NCBI GenBank assembly: GCA_035531115.1
Contig: DATKTP010000204.1
Span: 4,155-68,154 of the forward strand
Source: Candidatus Deferrimicrobium sp.
Lineage (GTDB): Archaea; Asgardarchaeota; Lokiarchaeia; Helarchaeales; HEL-GB-A
Length of the DNA stretch: 64,000 bases
Direction of reading: 5' to 3'
The position numbers were made by a program, and so were the translations under genes. This document shows, in pieces, positions 8,330 to 16,961 of this stretch; position 1 is the stretch's first letter; the number at the start of each line of letters is the position of its first letter. Below the pieces are notes generated by a model. It searched no databases and was not told the origin of the DNA. It saw only the letters and a program-made list of their open reading frames with translations.

Positions 8330-9439
8330 TTGTCTCCAGATCCTAAAGAAAATATTAAAAGAATGATTTTAGAAGCACAGAAAACAGAGAAAATACCAGA
8401 GAAATTATGGTATTTAGATTATTTTATAAGAGATCCATTTGATATTCAAGATGAAAGTAAAATAAAAAATTTCTATCACAATCAAGAGGAGATTCAAGAG
8501 GAAATAGCAAAAGATATTGGATATGCTATTAAAGGAACGATAGGTAATATTGCAATTGTCGGAAATCAGGGGATGGGAAAAACAATTTTTTTCGACTTAT
8601 TAAGTTTAGTAATTTCTGATTTAAAACAGACTAATAGAGAGTTTGAGGCAGTAAAATTTGTAACATGCCGGGAGATTGATGAGGAAAATATTAGTAATTT
8701 CATGGATAATAATGTACTAGTCTTAGATGATTGTACAGTTTTTGAAGAAGCAATCTTTTATATACAACGACTTAGAAAAACGAATCATTTGATCATTTCA
8801 TTCTGGAATCCAATATCCTTAGAACCAATAATTTATGAAGAAAAGTATAGATCAATTTTTGATAAACTACTCTTTTTGAAACCAATCGAAGATCTGGATC
8901 AGTTAATTCTTTTTTTAGAATTAAGATTAAAATTTGTAAATTCTACAAAGAATCTATCCGATTTGATAAATAATGATATGCTCTCTTTGATTCTAGAATA
9001 CTCAAAAGGAATACCCCGTGCTATCCTTGAAATTTGTCAATATATTTTTGTAGAAAAATTTAGGAGGGGGGTAAGCAGTATTAAAGAAGAATTTATCAAC
9101 CTTTGTTTAGAAAATCTGGGATACAAACTTTCTGGAGGAGAACTTCCGAATGCTATTAAAAAAACGGCCAAGGAAATTTGTAACTATTATATACAATATC
9201 AAAATTATATCAAATCAACCGACATTAAAGAGGGAATAGGAAGAGATATATCTACTATAAATAAACATTTAACTATACTTGAAAGTCAAAAATTAATCGA
9301 AAGAAGCGAATATGATGGGCGAGGGAAACATTTCCGCCCTAAATTTGCATTATTTGTTCAACTTACAGGGTATAGAGATAAGAAAGGAATTATAGATGAG
9401 ATTTTAATTAAACTTAAGACAATTAAAAGCCAATTATAA
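8330..9439 (+). CDS. Orc1/Cdc6-like AAA+ ATPase with C-terminal winged helix (divergent)
   Basis: 369 aa. Walker A 'GNQGMGKT' and Walker B 'VLVLDD'. Lid/sensor-2-like 'SKGIPRAILEIC' (compare Cdc6 'GDARxAldLL'). C-terminal wHTH 'INKHLTILESQKLIERSEYDGRGKHFRP'. Confidence 0.7.
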   Translation: MSPDPKENIKRMILEAQKTEKIPEKLWYLDYFIRDPFDIQDESKIKNFYHNQEEIQEEIAKDIGYAIKGTIGNIAIVGNQGMGKTIFFDLLSLVISDLKQTNREFEAVKFVTCREIDEENISNFMDNNVLVLDDCTVFEEAIFYIQRLRKTNHLIISFWNPISLEPIIYEEKYRSIFDKLLFLKPIEDLDQLILFLELRLKFVNSTKNLSDLINNDMLSLILEYSKGIPRAILEICQYIFVEKFRRGVSSIKEEFINLCLENLGYKLSGGELPNAIKKTAKEICNYYIQYQNYIKSTDIKEGIGRDISTINKHLTILESQKLIERSEYDGRGKHFRPKFALFVQLTGYRDKKGIIDEILIKLKTIKSQL

Positions 9440-9458
9440 TATATAGTGATGAAATTAT

Positions 9459-10430
9459 ATGACAAGGAATACCAGGTATGCCTATTTTTTTAAAATTCGT
9501 TATAAAAAATTAGATGATGAAAATTTTTTATTGAATCAATTAAATCAATTCGAAAAAGTATCGTATGAAAAAATAAAACAAAAAAGATTATTAGATAGAA
9601 ATACCGGACCGGTAAATTCACTATTCGATTTTACACATTGGCCAGAATATCACGCGATCGAAGCAAAATTTATCTTATCACGTAATACAACTAATATCGC
9701 CACGACGATAAGCTTCTATAACTCAATAATTCCTAAGCAGTTTCAGCATTTTAATTATTCCTCGGAAAAAAGTGTAATACCCGAAAAATTATATGATAAG
9801 AGTTTTGCTTCTCTTATATTCTTCACTTCTCAGAAGATGATATGTGTATTATTTATTCATGATGTTTTTGCTACGGAACAAAATGCTCAAAAAATTTTTG
9901 ATAAATTATTTATCAAAAAATTAACAGGAGGCAGTCTAAGTTCCCCACAAAAAAGGTTACAAGATAATACTCAAAATAAAGCTCAAGATGATAAATTATA
10001 TGAATTATTAAAGTTTAAAGAGGAAGACAAAAAAAAGTTGGCATATTATATAGAAGAAAATAATCTAGGATATGTATTTACCTTTCAAAACACCGAAGGT
10101 GGGGTAAAATCACATCACACGGCCAAAAAAGGAAATATAAAGAAAACAGAAAAATGGGAAAAATTACGAGAAGAATTTGAAAAAAATCAATGGGATAGCC
10201 TCGGACTTGGGATTGGAAAAGAAGAAGATCCGAACTATAACACATTATTTTATGAGAGTAAGCCTAAATCATGTGTAACATTTGATTTTCTGGATAAAAA
10301 TAAAGAAGATGAAATAATAAATTCTTTAAATATATTCATCTCTCATTTACAAAATTCTAAAGAGTTCCAAATTTCACATAGGAAGAAGCAAAAAGGAGAT
10401 TTACGAAGATGGGTTGGTTTTATCGGATAA
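9459..10430 (+). CDS. hypothetical protein (no recognisable domain)
   Basis: 323-aa ORF starting 19 nt after the AAA+ gene on the same strand. Confidence 0.6.
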   Translation: MTRNTRYAYFFKIRYKKLDDENFLLNQLNQFEKVSYEKIKQKRLLDRNTGPVNSLFDFTHWPEYHAIEAKFILSRNTTNIATTISFYNSIIPKQFQHFNYSSEKSVIPEKLYDKSFASLIFFTSQKMICVLFIHDVFATEQNAQKIFDKLFIKKLTGGSLSSPQKRLQDNTQNKAQDDKLYELLKFKEEDKKKLAYYIEENNLGYVFTFQNTEGGVKSHHTAKKGNIKKTEKWEKLREEFEKNQWDSLGLGIGKEEDPNYNTLFYESKPKSCVTFDFLDKNKEDEIINSLNIFISHLQNSKEFQISHRKKQKGDLRRWVGFIG

Positions 10431-10491
10431 TAATTATCCTTAACTGATTAATTACTTAATTAATTAGTTAATTTAAGAGGGATTCGAATTA

Positions 10492-12297
10492 ATGCCACAA
10501 AAACAAAAAATACAAGAAAAAAAGGAAGTTACAAGTAATAAGATTCAAAATAAAAAGTTTTTCTCAAAACCTAAAATTCTTTTAATAGATTTGCCTCCTT
10601 CTGTCTTTGATAGACTCCAAGAATCAGGGTTTAATGTAGTTAAGGGGACATTCGGTAGCCGTTATCAAGTGGAAAAAAGTTCTAATTATTTTCCAATTTA
10701 TATTGATATTGAATTGCCAAATTTTGAAGAACAAGAAATTATATTTATTGATTTAAAAGAACAAGAAATATGCAAATCTCCCAAGGGAGAAAGATTTTCA
10801 CCTTCAGGAGAAATTGGTATGTGGGCAAAATGCAATTTTGGTTATATTAATCCACGTCCTCTTGCTATGCGTATAGTCCGCGATAGTTTTAATCGAATTT
10901 TAAACTATGGAGGCATTTTCGTACTTTTTATATATCCACCTACTATACAAAAAATTAAAAAGGGAAGGGATGTTGAGAACTTTTATGGTTTTGAATTAAC
11001 TGATTCCGAGGATTTGGAAATAAATGATTTATGTTTCTTGAATTGTAGTGATATGCTTGATATAAAAGTAGCTAACGGTAAAGAAGTGAAAGTATTAGAT
11101 TTAAATCCATCATTTAAGTATATATTAAAAAAATTCATGAATGATTTCATTTATGGTGTGATTTTTAATATTAAACCCTATTATGAGGAAGAAGCTGAAT
11201 TTATTCCCCTCTTATTAAATAAATATAATTTTATTATAGGGGGTATTTTAAAACTAAAAAAAGCGGAAGGTTTCATTGTGATTTTGCCACAACTCACAAT
11301 TGAAAAAAAGAATGACTTAATTTATTTATTAGTAACTCAAGCATTACCTGAAATGAGTCCTTCTCTTTTTCCTTTTCATGAGGGGGATAAATGGATTAAG
11401 CGCGGAGACTATAACTTAAAAACGATTCAGACCTTAGAAGATGAATTAATTAAATTAAAAATCGATTATGATAAAAGAATAAATATTATAAAAGATAAAA
11501 TTAACAAGCAGCGAGAAAAATTCAGATTTCTTTATGGATTAATCACAGAAACAAATGCTAAATTAGTTGAATATGTTAAGACCGGTTTTCAAGTTCTTGG
11601 ATTTGGAGATGTCCGAGATATTGATAAAATAGCTGAAGGAACCAATCCATCCATAATAAGACAAGAAGATATCCAAATTCATGATTTAAGTCCAACTCTT
11701 TTAATAGAAATTAAAGGAATAACTGGTAATCCCACCGATGAAGACTGCCTTCAAGTAGTAAAATATATACCAAGGAGAATGAAAGAATGGCAACTGACTG
11801 ATGTAAAGGGGATTACTATTATTAATCATAAGAGGCATATACCCGCCCTGATTAGAGGTGAAGCTTTTACAGACCAGCAGATTCAGGATGCAATTCATCA
11901 GAATATACTACTTTTAACGACATGGGATTTATTTAAATTAATAAAAGGCTTCATAGATCATAATTGGAAGCTTAAAAATATCCAAAATCTATTCTATGAA
12001 ACCGGTAAAATATCTCTATTACCGAAAAATTATATATTAATTGGTAAAATCGAAAAAATTTGGAATCAAGTCAACGTATATGGAGTCAAAATAACTGAAA
12101 ATATTGTTATTAAAATTGGAGACCATTTAGGATATATAATTGATTCAGGATTTTTAGAAGAAGATATTGCTTCACTTCAAATAAATAAAATGGATGTTGA
12201 AGAAGCAAAATTGAATGATCAGGTTGGAATAAAGACGATTTATTCAGAAGGAAATCTTAAAATAGGAGATAGCGTTTATAAAGTAAATAAATGTTGA
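10492..12297 (+). CDS. multidomain protein: N-terminal alpha/beta region, coiled coil, PD-(D/E)xK nuclease-like core, C-terminal beta-barrel
   Basis: 601 aa with GAGGG before the ATG. Coiled coil 'TLEDELIKLKIDYDKRINIIKDKINKQREK'. Nuclease-like 'GFQVLGFGDVRDID...EDIQIHDLSPTLLIEIKGITG'. The C-terminal 'IGDHLGYII...VGIKTIYSEGNLKIGDSVYKV' resembles a translation-factor domain-II type barrel. Confidence 0.7.
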   Translation: MPQKQKIQEKKEVTSNKIQNKKFFSKPKILLIDLPPSVFDRLQESGFNVVKGTFGSRYQVEKSSNYFPIYIDIELPNFEEQEIIFIDLKEQEICKSPKGERFSPSGEIGMWAKCNFGYINPRPLAMRIVRDSFNRILNYGGIFVLFIYPPTIQKIKKGRDVENFYGFELTDSEDLEINDLCFLNCSDMLDIKVANGKEVKVLDLNPSFKYILKKFMNDFIYGVIFNIKPYYEEEAEFIPLLLNKYNFIIGGILKLKKAEGFIVILPQLTIEKKNDLIYLLVTQALPEMSPSLFPFHEGDKWIKRGDYNLKTIQTLEDELIKLKIDYDKRINIIKDKINKQREKFRFLYGLITETNAKLVEYVKTGFQVLGFGDVRDIDKIAEGTNPSIIRQEDIQIHDLSPTLLIEIKGITGNPTDEDCLQVVKYIPRRMKEWQLTDVKGITIINHKRHIPALIRGEAFTDQQIQDAIHQNILLLTTWDLFKLIKGFIDHNWKLKNIQNLFYETGKISLLPKNYILIGKIEKIWNQVNVYGVKITENIVIKIGDHLGYIIDSGFLEEDIASLQINKMDVEEAKLNDQVGIKTIYSEGNLKIGDSVYKVNKC

Positions 12298-12445
12298 ATG
12301 CAGTTAATAATTGATTTTAAAAAATTAACTTACGGTAATAATTCCGATCATATTTTTATTCTCACGAAATAGTTGAACCTTTAAAAATAAGAATTTAAAA
12401 TTAGAGAAGTAAAATTTTGTAAAAAAGAGAAAAATAGGGAGTTGA

Positions 12446-14866
12446 TTACTTCCCAGGGGAAACTTCCTCGAGGATTTTGGGAACGACGATTTTATCCTTG
12501 TATTGGCTGATGAATTCATAAATGGGATTGCGCCAGTAGCCGGGATCGGGATACATGCGGTTCTTGAAAGTGTTGGGACTCGGGATTTCGGGTGAAAGTT
12601 CTTCGCCTGCTTGTTTTTTCCGCGCCCGGATCTCCAGAATTTTCTCTTCTTGGAGGTTTTTAGGCAACATCTGAAAATTCTTAAACTGATAACCGAAGAT
12701 AGCTCGCCCTTGGGTCGAAGATCGAATCTCGTCAGCAATGCCCCCAGTTCCGCCTGTTTCAGATCGTACGGCTTCAGAAGCTGGGATTTCGCCTTCAATT
12801 TCGACATGGTCTCCTGTTTGCTCGGTGTTTACCACTTTACCACGATGTTGGGTGATGATAGTCATAATGGTTCCCATAAATTCAGCGGGCGTTTTTAGAT
12901 CAATGCGTAAAATAGGCTCGAATAATGCAGGATTTGCAGTTAAGAAGGTAATATTCAAGCCTGAAAAGGTCATAACAAATATTTGAGCAGAACGCGTATG
13001 GGAAGGATCTTCATGAATTGTTGCATCTGTAATCACAACTTTGATCCCCATAGCTGGCTCTTTTGCAAGGGCTGACGAAAAGACAAAGTCTCTAAAAGTT
13101 CCGATGATATATCCTTTAATCCGATCTAATCTCTGAACTCCAAGTGTCCCATTTACTAGGATATTCGTACCTTCAATAGCCCAAATTCGTCTTGCTTCTT
13201 TTTTATCCCAGCCTGCATCTCGTAAAAAGGCAGCCCGATCCTTCTCCTCTTGCATCTCTTTGACTTTTCCATCCCTAATTAGTTTGATGGTCTCTTCATT
13301 CAATGGTTCCATATACATTTTCAGTTTATTGTGGCCTTCTGAGCATTTCGTATTGATTTCTATGCCTTTATTTAAAGTGGTTTCATGGTAGACTGTAATT
13401 GGAGTCCCCACCTTAATCGGAATCTCATCTTGGATTCGTTCGATGAGAATTTCAAGTTGAAGGGGATCGATACCGCTCAGAATGTATTCGCCTGATTCCT
13501 CATTCTTCCGAAAAGTCGCGGTAGGGTCGGCAAGTACCCATTTTCTGACTACATCGCCGAGTTTCCCTAGATCCTTGGGATCTTCGGGTTTTATACTGCG
13601 GCTCACGACGGGATCTGAGACATAAAGAATTTTTTCAAATCCTGGAATCTCATCCTTCATCTCAAGGGCCACAAAAGTTTCTCCAGCTGGTTGTATATCC
13701 GGTAATTCCATTGCAAATAAATTCCCTGCGGGAACTTCATCTACTGGTAACAGGCTATCTATTTCCATAACACCTAATCGTCGCACACGTGCCGTTCGTT
13801 TTGCATTTAATAAGTAAATTTCATCCCCTTGCTTCAAGGTTCCACTCCAAATCCGTCCAATAATCGTCGGTCTTTTCGATTTTGGATGAATAAAAATTTT
13901 CGTAATCATCCCTAAGAGTGGTCCGTTTTTATCTACATTAATCAGGGAGTATGCCATGTATTTCTCTGGATCATCCTTAATGGTTGCGGGATCTTTAATA
14001 TCTAACCCCTGCTTGATATCGCCACTCCATAGTTTCAGCATTCGGTATTTTTGAGCCTCCAGCGGGCTTGGAAGATGCTTAATGATTACCTCAAGTAAAG
14101 CTTCGTCTAATGGTAAATTCTTTTTTAACCATTTGATCGGCTCTTTCGTATTTTCTCTAATAGCTTCCGCATATTTTTCCAAGACTAACTTTGCATTCAT
14201 ATCCTTTTGTTTTAATTGGGGAATAGTGAAAGCCCACCCATCTTTTGCGGACCCAAAAACGACATGTCCGAGATCGGGGTTGAGAATCCATTTCTCTTTA
14301 AAGGGCTCTGGAGCAGCCTGCTTTATCTGTACATTAACCTCCTGGATAATTTGCTGAAATTGCTGAATAATTTTATCAGGTGGTAATTTTAACTCCATTA
14401 TTAACCGGTCGACTTTATTTATGAATAGAATAGGTCGACACCATTCTTCTCCCACGCTGAGACCAATATTTGTAATCGTTTGTGTCATACATCCTTCTAA
14501 AGCATCAACCAGAATAACCGCTCCATCACTCCCGCGTAGAGCTCTGGATACTTCTCCAGTGAAGGAGATATGACCTGGAGTATCGTTGATCTCCAGCAAA
14601 TAAGACTTCCCTTCGAATTCATAATTCAGCAAAGCGACACTTGTGAAAATTGTAATGCCCCGTTCCTGCTCCTCATCATCATAATCAGTTAAACGGCGCT
14701 CGCCTTCATAATCATGGCTTAAAAGCCCTGCCCGTCCCATCAAATAATCACACGCAGTGCTTTTTCCATGGTCAATATGCGCCGTAATTGAGAAGATTCG
14801 CCGTAATTCTAACGGGTGCGATTTAATCATTTTTTGAATTTCTTCTACATTCTTTACTTTGACCAT
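12446..14866 (-). CDS. divergent elongation factor 2-family GTPase (aEF-2 paralog-like) with C-terminal extension
   Basis: 806 aa. G1 'AHIDHGKST', G3 'DTPGHISF', G4 'NKVD'. The domain IV loop 'IHEDPSHTRSAQI' departs from the canonical diphthamide loop 'HEDAIHRGxxQ'. About 45 extra C-terminal residues. Confidence 0.9.
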   Translation of the reverse strand: MVKVKNVEEIQKMIKSHPLELRRIFSITAHIDHGKSTACDYLMGRAGLLSHDYEGERRLTDYDDEEQERGITIFTSVALLNYEFEGKSYLLEINDTPGHISFTGEVSRALRGSDGAVILVDALEGCMTQTITNIGLSVGEEWCRPILFINKVDRLIMELKLPPDKIIQQFQQIIQEVNVQIKQAAPEPFKEKWILNPDLGHVVFGSAKDGWAFTIPQLKQKDMNAKLVLEKYAEAIRENTKEPIKWLKKNLPLDEALLEVIIKHLPSPLEAQKYRMLKLWSGDIKQGLDIKDPATIKDDPEKYMAYSLINVDKNGPLLGMITKIFIHPKSKRPTIIGRIWSGTLKQGDEIYLLNAKRTARVRRLGVMEIDSLLPVDEVPAGNLFAMELPDIQPAGETFVALEMKDEIPGFEKILYVSDPVVSRSIKPEDPKDLGKLGDVVRKWVLADPTATFRKNEESGEYILSGIDPLQLEILIERIQDEIPIKVGTPITVYHETTLNKGIEINTKCSEGHNKLKMYMEPLNEETIKLIRDGKVKEMQEEKDRAAFLRDAGWDKKEARRIWAIEGTNILVNGTLGVQRLDRIKGYIIGTFRDFVFSSALAKEPAMGIKVVITDATIHEDPSHTRSAQIFVMTFSGLNITFLTANPALFEPILRIDLKTPAEFMGTIMTIITQHRGKVVNTEQTGDHVEIEGEIPASEAVRSETGGTGGIADEIRSSTQGRAIFGYQFKNFQMLPKNLQEEKILEIRARKKQAGEELSPEIPSPNTFKNRMYPDPGYWRNPIYEFISQYKDKIVVPKILEEVSPGK

Positions 14867-15072
14867 AATAAACCGTCCTGTTCTAATCTGTTTATTTTTT
14901 AAATAAGCGTCAGAATAACTTATAAAATCTTATTCTTTTTCTTAAAAAAAAGGTCTAATCTCACCGTGGTAGCGTTTCCACCATCTTTTAAAACCTTCAA
15001 CTATTTTCAGAAGAGACAAAATTTAAAGTTTATGGATTGCTATAGATCAATTTACTAAGTTTATTTAGATTT

Positions 15073-15942
15073 ATGCTCTTAAATAATATGGAAATTATAA
15101 CAATGAAAATTAAACAAGTTACTGAAAAAAACATTACTCTCACCCTTCCATCAAAACAGCGATATTTGGGATTCATTTTTGTAATTCTCGGATTATTAAT
15201 CCCGCTTCTTATTTATATTTTCAATGGTCATCAAATAATATTGGTGATCGGCTCACCTTTAGCCACAATTCTCTTGAAAATAAGCATCGCTAGTTTTTTG
15301 GGTTATCTTTTTATACAAATTGCAAGTATTTACTATTTCTTTTCAATTAGGAACAATATGACTGCTTATGGGCAGATTATCTTATTAGGTTTAAATATTG
15401 TTGGATATATTGCCTTATATTCCACGATTTTTCTTTTTTCTTCATTTATTATCACCGGAATTTATTTGCTTACGCATTTTAAAACCCTGAATTTCGATAA
15501 AACCACTTCTCTTATTTCCTATCATGAACGTATTTTTGCCCTATTTTATACGAGTAATACCATTCCATTTTCAGAAATCAATGAAATTGTGGTGGAATAT
15601 AAACCAAGATTAGGATTCCGGCAGAAAAAAGGGAATCTGCATCGGGTAAGATTGTATTTTCTTGAAAAAGATCCAGGGATCGCGGATATCCCGACTGATG
15701 ATGAAAAAGAAATAGATACTGTTTTGTTATACCAGCCGCAAATATTGAGAAAAACGCTGATTCATAAACCATTCCTTATTGATTCTTGTTTTTTTAATTT
15801 TAAAGGTTATGAAATGACACGAATTAGTCAATTATTGGAGCAGCTGATACCATTAATTGGATTTTCTTGGTATGCTGACAATATACAGAATAATATTATT
15901 GAAAAGAAATTTAAAGCAGTGAATGTATCTGAGAAAAGCTAA
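15073..15942 (+). CDS. hypothetical membrane protein
   Basis: 289 aa with several hydrophobic helices in the first ~130 residues. Confidence 0.6.
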   Translation: MLLNNMEIITMKIKQVTEKNITLTLPSKQRYLGFIFVILGLLIPLLIYIFNGHQIILVIGSPLATILLKISIASFLGYLFIQIASIYYFFSIRNNMTAYGQIILLGLNIVGYIALYSTIFLFSSFIITGIYLLTHFKTLNFDKTTSLISYHERIFALFYTSNTIPFSEINEIVVEYKPRLGFRQKKGNLHRVRLYFLEKDPGIADIPTDDEKEIDTVLLYQPQILRKTLIHKPFLIDSCFFNFKGYEMTRISQLLEQLIPLIGFSWYADNIQNNIIEKKFKAVNVSEKS

Positions 15943-16729
15943 AGAGTTTGTGAGAAATATGAGCCATTTATGGGAAGTCATTAATAATGTTATTTCGGAT
16001 GCGAATTTAATTCTTGTGGTATTAGATGCTCGAGATCCCTTGGGCACCCGAAGTCCCCAGATTGAAAAAATGATTCTGAATCAGCCAGATAAGAAATTAT
16101 TACTCCTTTTGAATAAAATTGATCTCATACCCAAAGATATTACCCTGAAATGGCAAAAAATCCTAGATAATGAATTTCCCACGCTTATTATAAGCGCAAC
16201 TCGTGGATTTGAACGCACTCTCCGGCTACTACGGAAAAAAATTCTTCAATTCGCTCCAAGTCTCCCTGCGTATGTAGCGGTGGTGGGCTTCACTAATGTT
16301 GGAAAAAGCACGATAATAAACGGGTTAAAAGGCACAAAAATTGTTGGAACCTCCCCTCATGCTGGATTTACACGAGGGAAACAATATGTTAACTTATCAG
16401 ATGATATCCGCCTTATTGATTCGCCTGGGATCATTCCTTTCGAAGGCGATGAGCTAGAGTTAGCTTTAAAAGACCTTATTACACCTGAAAAAATTCAGAA
16501 CGTCGAAGCAGTTGTAAAGGAGATTATTTCACGCATAGGAATGTCCAAAGTATCCTATATTTACAAAATTCAATTTACAAATCTTGATGAACTACTCGAA
16601 AACCTCGCTAAACGCCGTGGTCTACTTATGGCTGGTGGAGAACCGAATACATATGAAGCTGCTAAAGTGGTTATAAGAGATTGGCAGCGAGGACATTTAC
16701 CATTTTACACCCTTCCTCCTTCTGAATGA
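15923..16729 (+). CDS. circularly permuted GTPase (YlqF/YawG, Nug/Lsg1-like ribosome-biogenesis family)
   Basis: 268 aa. Permuted motif order: G4 'NKIDL', then G1 'GFTNVGKST', then G3 'DSPG'. Confidence 0.85.
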   Translation: MYLRKAKEFVRNMSHLWEVINNVISDANLILVVLDARDPLGTRSPQIEKMILNQPDKKLLLLLNKIDLIPKDITLKWQKILDNEFPTLIISATRGFERTLRLLRKKILQFAPSLPAYVAVVGFTNVGKSTIINGLKGTKIVGTSPHAGFTRGKQYVNLSDDIRLIDSPGIIPFEGDELELALKDLITPEKIQNVEAVVKEIISRIGMSKVSYIYKIQFTNLDELLENLAKRRGLLMAGGEPNTYEAAKVVIRDWQRGHLPFYTLPPSE

Positions 16730-16961
16730 AAGATACAAAAATCTATGACGCATTCTAGAATAATCTGTTTTTTATGTACTGAAATTTCTTCTAATTATAA
16801 ATTATCACTCCGTGAATTGTATGAGAATAATGGAGTAATTTTAAAACATGCAAATATTAACTTATTTACATAAGAAAATTTTTTATTTCAGAAGAAAATG
16901 ATTAAAACAATACTTTTTTGAATTGTGATTTATTTAATTCAGAGACCTCGAAGGCGCGAAA

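Noticed and set aside
12325-14357. Track ORFs 12325-12807 (-), 12611-12898 (+), 12738-12986 (+), 14082-14357 (+)
   Set aside because: All overlap the strongly supported EF-2-family gene in other frames or on the other strand. They are shadow ORFs.
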